64,000 nt of DNA from Squalus acanthias (lineage: Eukaryota): the NCBI GenBank assembly GCA_030390025.1, contig JASTWF010000350.1, forward strand, positions 310,001 to 374,000. Reading direction: 5' to 3'. The translations under genes and the position numbers were made by a program. The notes below the pieces were generated by a model. That model was not told the origin of the DNA. It was given only the letters and a program-made list of their open reading frames with translations, and did not search any database. Within the stretch, counting starts at the first letter, position 1. The number at the start of each line of letters is the position of its first letter. Shown piece after piece: positions 46,701-61,700 of this stretch.

Positions 46701-49700
46701 CACAGGGGATCCCAGGAGTGATAATACTCTGACACAGGGGATCCAGGAGTGATAATACTCTGACACAGAGCATCATGGGAGTGATAATACTCTGACACAG
46801 AGGATCATGGGAGTGATAATACTCTGACACAGAGGATCCCGAGAGTGATAATACTCTGAAACAGGGGATCATGGGAGTGATAATACTCTGAAACAGGGGA
46901 TCATGGGAGTGATAATACTCTGAAACAGGGGATCATGGGAGTGATAATACTCTGACACAGGGGATCCCAGGAGTGATAATACTCTGACACAGGGGATCCC
47001 AGGAGTGATAATACTCTGACACAGAGCATCATGGGAGTGATAATACTCTGACACAGAGGATCCCGGGAGTGATAATACTCTGAAACATGGGATCATGGGA
47101 GAGATAATACTCTGACACAGGGGATCCCGGGAGTGATAATACTCTGACACAGGGGATCATGGGAGTGATAATACTCTGAAACAGGGGATCATGGGAGTGA
47201 TAATACTCTGACACAGGGGATCATGGGAGTGATAATAATCTGACACAGATGATCCCGGGAGTGATAATACTCTGACACAGAGGATCATGGGAGTGATAAT
47301 ACTCTGACACAGAGGATCATGGGAGTGATAAAACTCTGACACAGGGATCATGGGAGTGATAATACTCTGACACAGAGGATCTCGGGAGTGATAAAACTCT
47401 GACACAGAGGATCATGGGAGTGATAATACTCTGACACAGGGGATCATGGGAGTGATAATACTCTGACACAGAGCATCTCGGGAGTGATAAAACTCTGACA
47501 CAGGGGATCCCAGGAGTGATAATACTCTGACACAGAGGATCCCGGGAGTGATAATACTCTGACACAGGGGATCATGGGAGTGATAATACTCCGACACAGG
47601 GGATCATGTGAGTGATAATACTTTGTCGCAGGCGATCCCGTGAGTGATAATACTCTGACAAAGAGGATCCCGGGAGTGATATTACTCTGACACAGGGGAT
47701 CATGGGAGTGATAATACTCTGACACAAAGGATCATGGGAGTGATAATACTCTGACACAGGGGATAATGGGAGTGATAATACTCTGACACAGAGGATCCCA
47801 GGAGTGATATTACTCTGACACAGGAGATCATGGTAGTGATAATACTTGACACAGAGGATCCGGGGAGTGATAATACTCTGACACAGGGGATCCCGGGAGT
47901 GACCATACTCTGACACAGAGGATCCGGGGAGTGCTAATAGTCTGACACAGAGGATCCAGGGAGTGACAATACTCTGACACAGCGGATCCGGGGAGTGATA
48001 ATAGTCTGACACGGAGGATCCAGGGAGTGACAATACTCTGACACAGAGGATCCGGGGAGTGATAATACTCTGACACAGGGTATCCCGGGAGTGATAATAC
48101 TCTGACACAGAGGATCCCGGGAGTGATAATACTCTGACACAGAGGATCCAGGGAGTGACAATACTCTGACACAGAGGATCCGGGGAGTGATAATACTCTG
48201 ACACAGAGGATCCCGGGAGTGATAATACTCTGATACAGTGGATCCCAGAAGTGATATTTCTCTGTCAAAGAGGATCCCGGGATTGATAATACTCTGACAC
48301 TGGTGATCCCCGGAGTGATAATACTCTGACACAGAGGATCCCGGGAGTGATAATACTCTGACACAGGGGATCATGGGAGTGATAATACTCTGACACAGAG
48401 GATCATGGGAGTTATAATACTCTGACACAGAGGTCATGGGAGTGATAATACTCTGACACAGGGGATCATGGGAGTGATAATACTCTGACACAGAGGATCA
48501 TGGGAGTGATAATACTCTGACACAGAGGATCATGGGAGTGATAATAATCTGATACAGGGGATCATGGGAGTGATAATACTCTGACACAGAGGATCCCGGG
48601 AGTGATAATACTCTGGCACAGAGGTTCCGGGGATTGATAATACTCTGACACAGAGGATCCCGGGAGTGATAATACTCTGGCACAGAGGATCCGGGGAGTG
48701 ATAATACTCTGACACAGAGGATCCCGGGAGTGATAATACTCTGACACAGTGGATCCCAGGAGTGATATTTCTCTGTCAAAGGGGATCCCGGGATTGATAA
48801 TACTCTGACACAGGTGATCCCGGAGTGATAATACTCTGACACAGAGGATCCCAGGAGTGATAATACTCTGACACAGGGGATCATGGGAGTGATAATACTC
48901 TGACACAGAGGATCCCAGGAGTTATAATACTCTGACACAGAGGTCATGGGAGTGATAATACTCTGACACAGGGGATCATGGGAGTGATAATACTCTGACA
49001 CAGAGGATCATGGGAGTGATAATACTCTGACACAGGGGATCATGGGAGTGATAATACTCTGACACAGGGGATCATGGGAGTGATAATACTCTGACACAGA
49101 GGATCCTGGGAGTGATAATACTCTGACACAGAGGATCCCGGGAGTGATAATACTCTGACACAGAGGATCCCGGGAGTGATAATACTCTGACACAGAGGAT
49201 CTTCGGGAGTGATAATACTCTGACACAGAGGATCAGGGAGTGATAATACTCTGACACAGAGGATCCTGGGAGTGATAATACTCTGACACAGGGGATCATG
49301 GGAGTGATAATACTCTGACACAGAGGATCATGGGAGTGATAATACTCTGACACAGAGGATCATGGGAGTGATAATACTCTGACACAGAGGATCCCGGGAT
49401 TGATAATACTCTGACACAGGGGATCATGGGAGTGATAATACTCAGACTCAGAGGATCATGGGAGTGATAATACTCTGACACAGAGGTCATGGGAGTGATA
49501 ATACTCTGACACAGGGGATCATGGGAGTGATAATACTCTGACACAGAGGATCATGGGAGTGATAATACTCTGACACAGAGGATCATGGGAGTGATAATAA
49601 TCTGATACAGGGGATCATGGGAGTGATAATACTCTGACACAGAGGATCCCGGGAGTGATAATACTCTGGCACAGAGATTCCGGGGATTGATAATACTCTG

Positions 49701-52700
49701 ACACAGAGGATCCCGGGAGTGATAATACTCTGGCACAGAGGATCCGGGGAGTGATAATACTCTGACACAGAGGATCCCGGGAGTGATAATACTCTGACAC
49801 AGTGGATCCCAGGAGTGATATTTCTCTGTCAAAGGGGATCCCGGGATTGATAATACTCTGACACTGGTGATCCCCGGAGTGATAATACTCTGACACAGAG
49901 GATCCCAGGAGTGATAATACTCTGACACATGGGGATCATGGGAGTGATAATACTCTGACACAGAGGATCCCAGGAGTTATAATACTCTGACACAGAGGTC
50001 ATGGGAGTGATAATACTCTGACACAGGGGATCATGGGAGTGATAATACTCTGACACAGAGGATCATGGGAGTGATTCTACTCTGACACAGGGGATCATGG
50101 GATTGATAATACTCTGACAATGGGGATCATGGGAGTGATAATACTCAGACACAGAGGATCCTGGGAGTGATAATATTCTGACACAGATAATCCAAGGAGT
50201 CATAATACCTGACACAGAGGATCCCGGGAGTGATAATACTCTGAAAACAGAGTTCTTCGGAGAGATAATTCTATACACAGAGGATCATGGGAGTGATAAT
50301 ACTCTGACACAGAGGATCCTGGGAGTGATAATACTCTGACACAGGGGATCATGGGAGTGATAATACTCTGACACAGAGGATCATGGGAGTGATAATACTC
50401 TGACACAGAGGATCATGGGAGTGATAATACTCTGACACAGAGGATCCGGGAGTGATAATACTCTGACACAGGGGATCATGGGAGTGATAATACTCTGACA
50501 CAGAGGATCATGGGAGTGATAATACTCTGACACAGAGGTCATGGGAGTGATAATACTCTGACACAGGGATCATCGGGAGTGATAATACTCTGACACAGAG
50601 GATCATGGGAGTGATAATACTCTGACACAGAGGATCATGGGAGTGATAATAATCTGATACAGGGGATCATGGGAGTGATAATACTCTGACACAGAGGATC
50701 CCGGGAGTGATAATACTCTGGCACAGAGGTTCCGGGGAGTGATAATACTCTGACACAGAGGATCCCGGGAGTGATAATACTCTGGCACAGAGGATCCGGG
50801 GAGTGATAATACTCTGACACAGAGGATCCCGGGAGTGATAATACTCTGACACAGTGGATCCCAGGAGTGATATTTCTCTGTCAAAGGGGATCCCGGGATT
50901 GATAATACTCTGACACTGGTGATCCCCGGAGTGATAATACTCTGACACAGAGGATCCCAGGAGTGATAATACTCTGACACATGGGGATCATGGGAGTGAT
51001 AATACTCTGACACAGAGGATCTCAGGAGTTATAATACTCTGACACAGAGGTCATGGGAGTGATAATACTCTGACACAGGGGATCATGGGAGTGATAATAC
51101 TCTGACACAGAGGATCATGGGAGTGATTCTACTCTGACACAGGGGATCATGGGATTGATAATACTCTGACAATGGGGATCATGGGAGTGATAATACTCAG
51201 ACACAGAGGATCCTGGGAGTGATAATATTCTGACACAGATGATCCCAGGAGTCATAATACCCTGACACAGAGGATCCCGGGAGTGATAATACTCTGAAAA
51301 CAGAGTTCTTCGGAGAGATAATTCTATTACACAGAGGATCATGGGAGTGATAATACTCTGACACAGAGTATCCTGGGAGTGATAATACTCTGACACAGGG
51401 GATCATGGGAGTGATAATACTCTGACACAGAGGATCATGGGAGTGATAATACTCTGACACAGAGGATCATGGGAGTGATAATACTCTGACACAGAGGATC
51501 CCGGGATTGATAATACTCTGACACAGGGGATCATGGGAGTGATAATACTCAGACTCAGAGGATCATGGGAGTGATAATACTCTGACACAGGGGATCATGG
51601 GAGTGATAATACTCTGACACAGAGGATCATGGGAGTGATAATACTCTGACACAGAGGATCATGGGAGTGATAATAATCTGATACAGGGGATCATGGGAGT
51701 GATAATACTCTGACACAGAGGATCCCGGGAGTGATAATACTCTGGCACAGAGGTTCCGGGGATTGATAATACTCTGACACAGAGGATCCCGGGAGTGATA
51801 ATACTCTGGCACAGAGGATCCCGGGAGTGATAATACTCTGACACAGTGGATCCAGGAGTGATAATACTCTGACACAGAGGATCAGGGAGTGATAATACTC
51901 TGACACAGAGGATCCGGGAGTGATAATACTCTGACACAGAGGATCCCGGGAGTGATAATACTCTGGCACAGAGGTTCCGGGAGTGATAATACTCTGACAC
52001 AGAGGATCCCGGGAGTGATAATACTCTGGCACAGAGGATCCGGGGAGTGATAATACTCTGACACAGAGGATCCCGGGAGTGATAATACTCTGACACAGTG
52101 GATCCCAGGAGTGATATTTCTCTGTCAAAGGGATCCCGGGATTGATAATACTCTGACACTGATGATCCCGGAGTGATAATACTCTGACACAGAGGATCCC
52201 AGGAGTGATAATACTCTGACACAGGGGATCATGGGAGTGATAATACTCTGACACAGAGGATCCCAGGAGTTATAATACTCTGACACAGAGGTCATGGGAG
52301 TGATAATACTCTGACACAGGGGATCATGGGAGTGATAATACTCTGACACAGAGGATCATGGGAGTGATTCTACTCTGACACAGGGGATCATGGGATTGAT
52401 AATACTCTGACAATGGGATCATGGGAGTGATAATACTCAGACACAGAGGATCCTGGGAGTGATAATACTCTGACACAGAGAATCCAGGAGTCATAATACC
52501 TGACACAGAGGATCCCGGGAGTGATAATACTCTGAAACAGAGTTCTTCGGAGAGATAATTCTATTACACAGAGGATCATGGGAGTGATAATACTCTGACA
52601 CAGAGTATCCTGGGAGTGATAATACTCTGACACAGGGGATCATGGGAGTGATAATACTCTGACACAGAGGATCATGGGAGTGATAATACTCTGACACAGA

Positions 52701-55700
52701 GGATCATGGGAGTGATAATACTCTGACACAGAGGATCCCGGGATTGATAATACTCTGGCACAGAGGATCCCGGGAGTGATAATACTCTGACAAAGAGGAT
52801 CCCGGGAGTGACATTACTCTGACACAGGGGAAAATGGGAGTGATAATACTCTGACACAGAGGATCCCGGGAGTGATAATACTCTGACAAAGAGGATCCCG
52901 GGATTGATAATTCTCTGACGCAGGGGATCATGGGAGTGATAATACTCTGACACAGAGGATCCCGGAAGTGATAATACTCTGACACATGGTTCCCGCGAGT
53001 GATAATACTCTGACACAGGGGATCCCGGGAGTGATAATACTCTGACACAGGGGATTTCGGAGAGTGATAATACTCTGACACAGGGGATCCCGGGAGTGAT
53101 AATACTCTGACACAGGGGGTCCCGGGAGTGATAATACTCTGACACAGGGGATCATGGGAGTGATAATACGCTGACAAAGGGGATCATGGGAGTGATAATA
53201 CTCTGACACAGATAATCCCAGGAGTGATAATACTCTGACACAGGTGATTATGGGAGTGATAATATTCTGACACAGGGGATCATGGGAGTGATATTACTCT
53301 GACACAGAGGATCCATTAAGTGATATTACTCTGACATAGATAATCCCAGGAGTGATTATACCCTGACACAGAGGATCCCGGGAGTGATAATACTCTGACA
53401 AAGGGGATCCCGGGAGTGATAATACTCTGACACAGGGGATCACGTTAGTGATAATACTCTGACACAGAGGATCATGGGAGTGATAATACTCTGACACAGG
53501 GGATCATGGGATTGATAATACTCTGACAATGGGGATCATGGGAGTGATAATATTCTGACAAAGATAATCCCAGGAGTCAAAATACCCTGACACAGAGGAT
53601 CCCGGGAGTGATAATACCCTGAAAACAGAGGTCTTCGGAGAGATAATACTCTGACACAGAGGATCCCAGGAGTGATATTACTCTGACACAGGAGATCATG
53701 GTTGTGATAATACTTTGACACAGAGGATCCGGGGAGTGATAATACTTTGACACAGGGGATCCCGGGAGTGACCATACTCTGACACAGAGGATCCGGGGAG
53801 TGCTAATAGTCTGACACAGAGGATCCAGGGAGTGACAATACTCTGACACAGAGGATCCGGGAGTGATAATACTCTGACACAGGAGGATCATGGGAGTGAC
53901 AATACTCTGACACAGAGGATCCGGGGAGTGATAATACTCTGACACAGGGTATCCCGGGAGTGATAATACTCTGACACAGAGGATCCCGGGAGTGATAATA
54001 CTCTGACACATAGGATCCAGGGAGTGACAATACTCTGACACAGAGGATCCGGGGAGTGATAATACTCTGACACAGAGGATCCCGGGAGTGATAATACTCT
54101 GATACAGTGGATCCCAGAAGTGATATTTCTCTGTCAAAGAGGATCCCGGGATTGATAATACTCTGACACTGGTGATCCCCGGAGTGATAATACTCTGACA
54201 CAGAGGATCCCAGGAGTGATAATACTCTGACACAGGGGATCATGGGAGTGATAATACTCTGACACAGAGGATCCAGGGAGTTATAATACTCTGACACAGA
54301 GGTCATGGGAGTGATAATACTCTGACACAGGGGATCATGGGAGTGATAATACTCTGACACAGAGGATCATGGGAGTGATAATACTCTGACACAGAGGATC
54401 ATGGGAGTGATAATAATCTGATACAGGGGATCATGGGAGTGATAATACTCTGACACAGAGGATCCCGGGAGTGATAATACTCTGGCACAGAGGTTCCGGG
54501 GATTGATAATACTCTGACACAGAGGATCCCGGGAGTGATAATACTCTGGCACAGAGGATCCGGGGAGTGATAATACTCTGACACAGAGGATCCCGGGAGT
54601 GATAATACTCTGACACAGTGGATCCCAGGAGTGATATTTCTCTGTCAAAGGGGATCCCGGGATTGATAATACTCTGACACAGGTGATCCGCGGAGTGATA
54701 ATACTCTGACACAGAGGATCCCAGGAGTGATAATACTCTGACACATGGGGATCATGGGAGTGATAATACTCTGACACAGAGGATCCCAGGAGTTATAATA
54801 CTCTGACACAGAGGTCATGGGAGTGATAATACTCTGACACAGGGGATCATGGGAGTGATAATACTCTGACACAGAGGATCATGGGAGTGATAATACTCTG
54901 ACACAGGGGATCATGGGATTGATAATACTCTGACAATGGGGATCATGGGAGTGATAATACTCAGACACAGAGGATCCTGGGAGTGATAATATTCTGACAC
55001 AGATAATCCCAGGAGTCATAATACCCTGACACAGAGGATCCCGGGAGTGATAATACTCTGAAAACAGAGTTCTTCGGAGAGATAATTCTATTACACAGAG
55101 GATCATGGGAGTGATAATACTCTGACACAGAGTATCCTGGGAGTGATAATACTCTGACACAGGGGATCATGGGAGTGATAATACTCTGACACAGAGGATC
55201 ATGGGAGTGATAATACTCTGACACAGAGGATCATGGGAGTGATAATACTCTGACACAGAGGATCCCGGGATTGATAATACTCTGACACAGGGGATCATGG
55301 GAGTGATAATACTCAGACTCAGAGGATCATGGGAGTGATAATACTCTGACACAGAGGTCATGGGAGTGATAATACTCTGACACAGGGGATCATGGGAGTG
55401 ATAATACTCTGACACAGAGGATCATGGGAGTGATAATACTCTGACAAAGAGGATCATGGGAGTGATAATAATCTGATACAGGGGATCATGGGAGTGATAA
55501 TACTCTGACACAGAGGATCCCGGGAGTGATAATACTCTGGCACAGAGATTCCGGGGATTGATAATACTCTGACACAGAGGATCCCGGGAGTGATAATACT
55601 CTGGCACAGAGGATCCGGGGAGTGATAATACTCTGACACAGAGGATCCCGGGAGTGATAATACTCTGACACAGTGGATCCCAGGAGTGATATTTCTCTGT

Positions 55701-58700
55701 CAAAGGGGATCCCGGGATTGATAATACTCTGACACTGGTGATCCCCGGAGTGATAATACTCTGACACAGAGGATCCCAGGAGTGATAATACTCTGACACA
55801 TGGGGATCATGGGAGTGATAATACTCTGACACAGAGGATCCCAGGAGTTATAATACTCTGACACAGAGGTCATGGGAGTGATAATACTCTGACACAGGGG
55901 ATCATGGGAGTGATAATACTCTGACACAGAGGATCATGGGAGTGATTCTACTCTGACACAGGGGATCATGGGATTGATAATACTCTGACAATGGGGATCA
56001 TGGGAGTGATAATACTCAGACACAGAGGATCCTGGGAGTGATAATATTCTGACACAGATAATCCAAGGAGTCATAATACCCTGACACAGAGGATCCCGGG
56101 AGTGATAATACTCTGAAAACAGAGTTCTTCGGAGAGATAATTCTATTACACAGAGGATCATGGGAGTGATAATACTCTGACACAGAGTATCCTGGGAGTG
56201 ATAATACTCTGACACAGGGGATCATGGGAGTGATAATACTCTGACACAGAGGATCATGGGAGTGATAATACTCTGACACAGAGGATCATGGGAGTGATAA
56301 TACTCTGACACAGAGGATCCCGGGATTGATAATACTCTGACACAGGGATCATGGGAGTGATAATACTCAGACACAGAGGATCATGGGAGTGATAATACTC
56401 TGACACAGAGGTCATGGGAGTGATAATACTCTGACACAGGGGATCATCGGAGTGATAATACTCTGACACAGAGGATCATGGGAGTGATAATACTCTGACA
56501 CAGAGGATCATGGGAGTGATAATAATCTGATACAGGGGATCATGGGAGTGATAATACTCTGACACAGAGGATCCCGGGAGTGATAATACTCTGGCACAGA
56601 GGTTCCGGGGATTGATAATACTCTGACACAGAGGATCCCGGGAGTGATAATACTCTGGCACAGAGGATCCGGGGAGTGATAATACTCTGACACAGAGGAT
56701 CCCGGGAGTGATAATACTCTGACACAGTGGATCCCAGGAGTGATATTTCTCTGTCAAAGGGGATCCCGGGATTGATAATACTCTGACACTGGTGATCCCC
56801 GGAGTGATAATACTCTGACACAGAGGATCCCAGGAGTGATAATACTCTGACACATGGGGATCATGGGAGTGATAATACTCTGACACAGAGGATCTCAGGA
56901 GTTATAATACTCTGACACAGAGGTCATGGGAGTGATAATACTCTGACACAGGGGATCATGGGAGTGATAATACTCTGACACAGAGGATCATGGGAGTGAT
57001 TCTACTCTGACACAGGGGATCATGGGATTGATAATACTCTGACAATGGGGATCATGGGAGTGATAATACTCAGACACAGAGGATCCTGGGAGTGATAATA
57101 TTCTGACACAGATAATCCCAGGAGTCATAATACCCTGACACAGAGGATCCGGGAGTGATAATACTCTGAAAACAGAGTTCTTCGGAGAGATAATTCTATT
57201 ACACAGAGGATCATGGGAGTGATAATACTCTGACACAGAGTATCCTGGGAGTGATAATACTCTGACACAGGGGATCATGGGAGTGATAATACTCTGACAC
57301 AGAGGATCATGGGAGTGATAATACTCTGACACAGAGGATCATGGGAGTGATAATACTCTGACACAGAGGATCCCGGGAGTGATAATACTCTGACACAGGG
57401 GATCATGGGAGTGATAATACTCAGACACAGAGGATCATGGGAGTGATAATACTCTGACACAGGGGATCATGGGAGTGATAATACTCTGACACAGAGGATC
57501 ATGGGAGTGATAATACTCTGACACAGAGGATCCCGGGATTGATAATTCTCTGACAGCAGGGGATCATGGGAGTGATAATACTCTGACACAGAGGATTCCG
57601 GAAGTGATAATACTCTGACACTTGGTTCCCGCGAGTGATAATACTCTGACACAGGGGATCCCGGGAGTGATAATACACTGACACAGGGGATTCCGGAGAG
57701 TGATAATACTCTGACACAGGGGATCCCGGGAGTGATAATACTCTGACACAGGGGATCCCGGGAGTGATAATACTCTGACACAGGGGATCATGGGAGTGAT
57801 AATACGCTGACAAAGGGGATCATGGGAGTGATAATACTCTGACACAGATAATCCCAGGAGTGATAATACTCTGACACAGGTGATTATGGGAGTGATAATA
57901 TTCTGACACAGGGGATCATGGGAGTGATATTACTCTGACACAGAGGATCCATTAAGTGATATTACTCTGACATAGATAATCCCAGGAGTGATTATACCCT
58001 GACACAGAGGATCCCGGGAGTGATAATACTCTGACAAAGGGGATCCCGGGAGTGATAATACTCTGACACAGGGGATCACGTTAGTGATAATACTCTGACA
58101 CAGAGGATCATGGGAGTGATAATACTCTGACACAGGGGATCATGGGATTGATAATACTCTGACAATGGGGATCATGGGAGTGATAATATTCTGACAAAGA
58201 TAATCCCAGGAGTCAAAATACCCTGACACAGAGGATCCCGGGAGTGATAATACCCTGAAAACAGAGGTCTTCGGAGAGATAATACTCTGACACAGAGGAT
58301 CCCGGGAGTGATAATACTCTGATACAGTGGATCCCAGAAGTGATATTTCTCTGTCAAAGAGGATCCCGGGATTGATAATACTCTGACACTGGTGATCCCC
58401 GGAGTGATAATACTCTGACACAGAGGATCCCAGGAGTGATAATACTCTGACACAGGGGATCATGGGAGTGATAATACTCTGACACAGAGGATCCCAGGAG
58501 TTATAATACTCTGACACAGAGGTCATGGGAGTGATAATACTCTGACACAGGGGATCATGGGAGTGATAATACTCTGACACAGAGGATCATGGGAGTGATA
58601 ATACTCTGACACAGAGGATCATGGGAGTGATAATAATCTGATACAGGGGATCATGGGAGTGATAATACTCTGACACAGAGGATCCCGGGAGTGATAATAC

Positions 58701-61700
58701 TCTGGCACAGAGGTTCCGGGGAGTGATAATACTCTGACACAGAGGATCCCGGGAGTGATAATACTCTGGCACAGAGTATCCGGGGAGTGATAATACTCTG
58801 ACACAGAGGATCCCGGGAGTGATAATACTCTGACACAGTGGATCCCAGGAGTGATATTTCTCTGTCAAAGGGGATCCCGGGATTGATAATACTCTGACAC
58901 AGGTGATCCACGGAGTGATAATACACTGACACAGAGGATCCCAGGAGTGATAATACACTGACACAGGGGATCATGGGAGTGATAATACTCTGACACAGAG
59001 GATCATGGGAGTGATAATACTCTGACACAGGGGATCATGGGAGTGATAATACTCTGACACAGGGGGTCCCGGGATTGATAATACTATGACACAAAGGATC
59101 CCGGAAGTGATAATACTCTGACACATGGTTCCCGCGAGTGATAATACTCTGACATAGGGGATCCCGGGAGTGATAATACTCTGACACAGGGGATCCCGGG
59201 AGTGATAATACTCTGACACAGGGATTCCCGGGAGTGATAATACTCTGACACAGGCGGTCCCGGGAGTGATAATACTCTGACACAGGGGATCATGGGAGTG
59301 ATAATACGCTGACAAAGGGGATCATGTGAGTGATAGTACTCTGACACAGGTGATCATGGGAGTGATAATACTCTGACACAGAGGATCCATGGGAGTGATA
59401 TTACTCTGACACAGAGGATCCATGGAGTGATAATACTCTGACACAGAGGATCCCGGGAGTGATAATACTCTGACACAGAGGATCCCTGGGATGATAATAC
59501 TCTGACACAGGGGATCATGGGAGTGATAATACTCTGACACAGGGGATCATGGGAGTGATAATACTCTGACACAGGGGATCATGGGAGTGATAATACTCTG
59601 ACACAGAGGATCCTGGGAGTGATAATACTCTGACACAGAGGATCCCGGAGTGATAATACTCTGACACAGCGGATCATGGGAGTGATAATACTCTGACACA
59701 GAGGATCATGGGAGTGATAATACTCTGACACAGAGGATCATGGGAGTGATAATACTCTGACACAGGGGATCATGGGAGTGATAATACTCTGACACAGAGG
59801 ATCCATGGAGTGATAATACTCTGACACAGGGGATCCCGGGAGTGATAATACTCTGACACAGGGGATCATGTGAGTGATATTACTCTGACACAGAGGATCC
59901 ATGGAGTGATAATACTCTGACACAGAAGATCCCGGGATTGATAATACTCTGACACCGGGGATCATGGGAGTGATAATACTCTGACACAGGGGATCATGGG
60001 AGGGCTAATACTCCGACACAGGGGATCATGTGAGTGATAATACTTTGACGCAGGCGATCCCGTGAGTGATAATACTCTGACAAAGAGGATCCCGGGAGTG
60101 ATATTACTCTGACACAGGGGATAATGGGAGTGATAATATTCTGACACAAATGATAATGGGAGTGATAATACTCTGACACAGGGGATCATGGGAGTGATAA
60201 TACTCTGACACAGAGGATCCCAGGAGTGATATTACTCTGACACAGGAGATCATGGTTGTGATAATACTCTGACACAGAGGATCCGGGGAGTGATAAAACT
60301 CTGACACAGAGGTTCCGGGGAGTGATAATACTCTGACACAGGGGATCCCGGGAGTGCTAATACTCTGACACAGAGGATCCGGGGAGTGACAATACTTTGA
60401 CACAGGGGATCCCGGGAGTGACCATACTCTGACACAGAGGATCCGGGGAGTGATAATACTCTGACACAGAGTATCCCGGGAGTGATAATACTCTGACACA
60501 GAGGATCCCGGGAGTGATAATACTCTGACACAGAGGATCCAGGGAGTGACAATACTCTGACACAGAGGATCCGGGGAGTGATAATACTCTGACACAGAGG
60601 ATCCCGGGAGTGATAATACTCTGATACAGTGGATCCCAGAAGTGATATTTCTCTGTCAAAGAGGATCCCGAGATTGATAATACTCTGACACTGGTGATCC
60701 CCGGAGTGATAATACTCTGACACAGAGGATCCCAGGAGTGATAATACTCTGACACTGGGGATCATGGGAGTGATAATACTCTGACACAGAGGATCCCAGG
60801 AGTTATAATACTCTGACACAGAGGTCATGGGAGTGATAATACTCTGACACAGAGGTTCCGGGGAGTGATAATACTCTGACACAGAAGATCCCGGGAGTTA
60901 TAATACTCTGGCACATAGGATCTGGGGAGTGATATTTCTCTGACACAAAGGATCCCAGGAGTGATAATACTCTGACACAGGGGACCATGGGAGTGATAAT
61001 ACTCTGACACAGAGGATCCCGGGTGTGATAATACTCTGACACAGAGTATCCTGGGAGTTATAATACTCTGGCACATAGGATCTGGGGAGTGATATTTCTC
61101 TGACACAAAGGATCCCAGGAGTGATAATACTCTGACACAGGGGACCATGGGAGTTATAATACTCTGACACAGAGGTCATGGGAGTGATAATACTCTGACA
61201 CAGAGGTTCCGGGGAGTGATAATACTCTGACACAGAAGATCCCGGGAGTTATAATACTCTGGCACATAGGATCTGGGGAGTGATATTTCTCTGACACAAA
61301 GGATCCCAGGAGTGATAATACTCTGACACAGGGGACCATGGAGTGATAATACTCTGACACAGAGGATCCCGGGTGTGATAATACTCTGACACAGAGTATC
61401 CTGGGAGTGATAATACTCTGACACAGGGGATCATGGGAGTGATAATACTCTGACACAGAGGATCATGGGAGTGATAATACTCTGACACAGAGGATCATGG
61501 GAGTGATAATACTCTGACACAGAGGATCCCGGGAGTGATAATACTCTGACACAGGGGATCATGGGAGTGATAATACTCTGACACAGAGGATCATGGGAGT
61601 GATAATACTCTGACACAGAGGATCATGGGAGTGATAATACTCTGACACAGGGGATCATGGGAGTGATAATACTCAGACACAGAGGATCCTGGGAGTGATA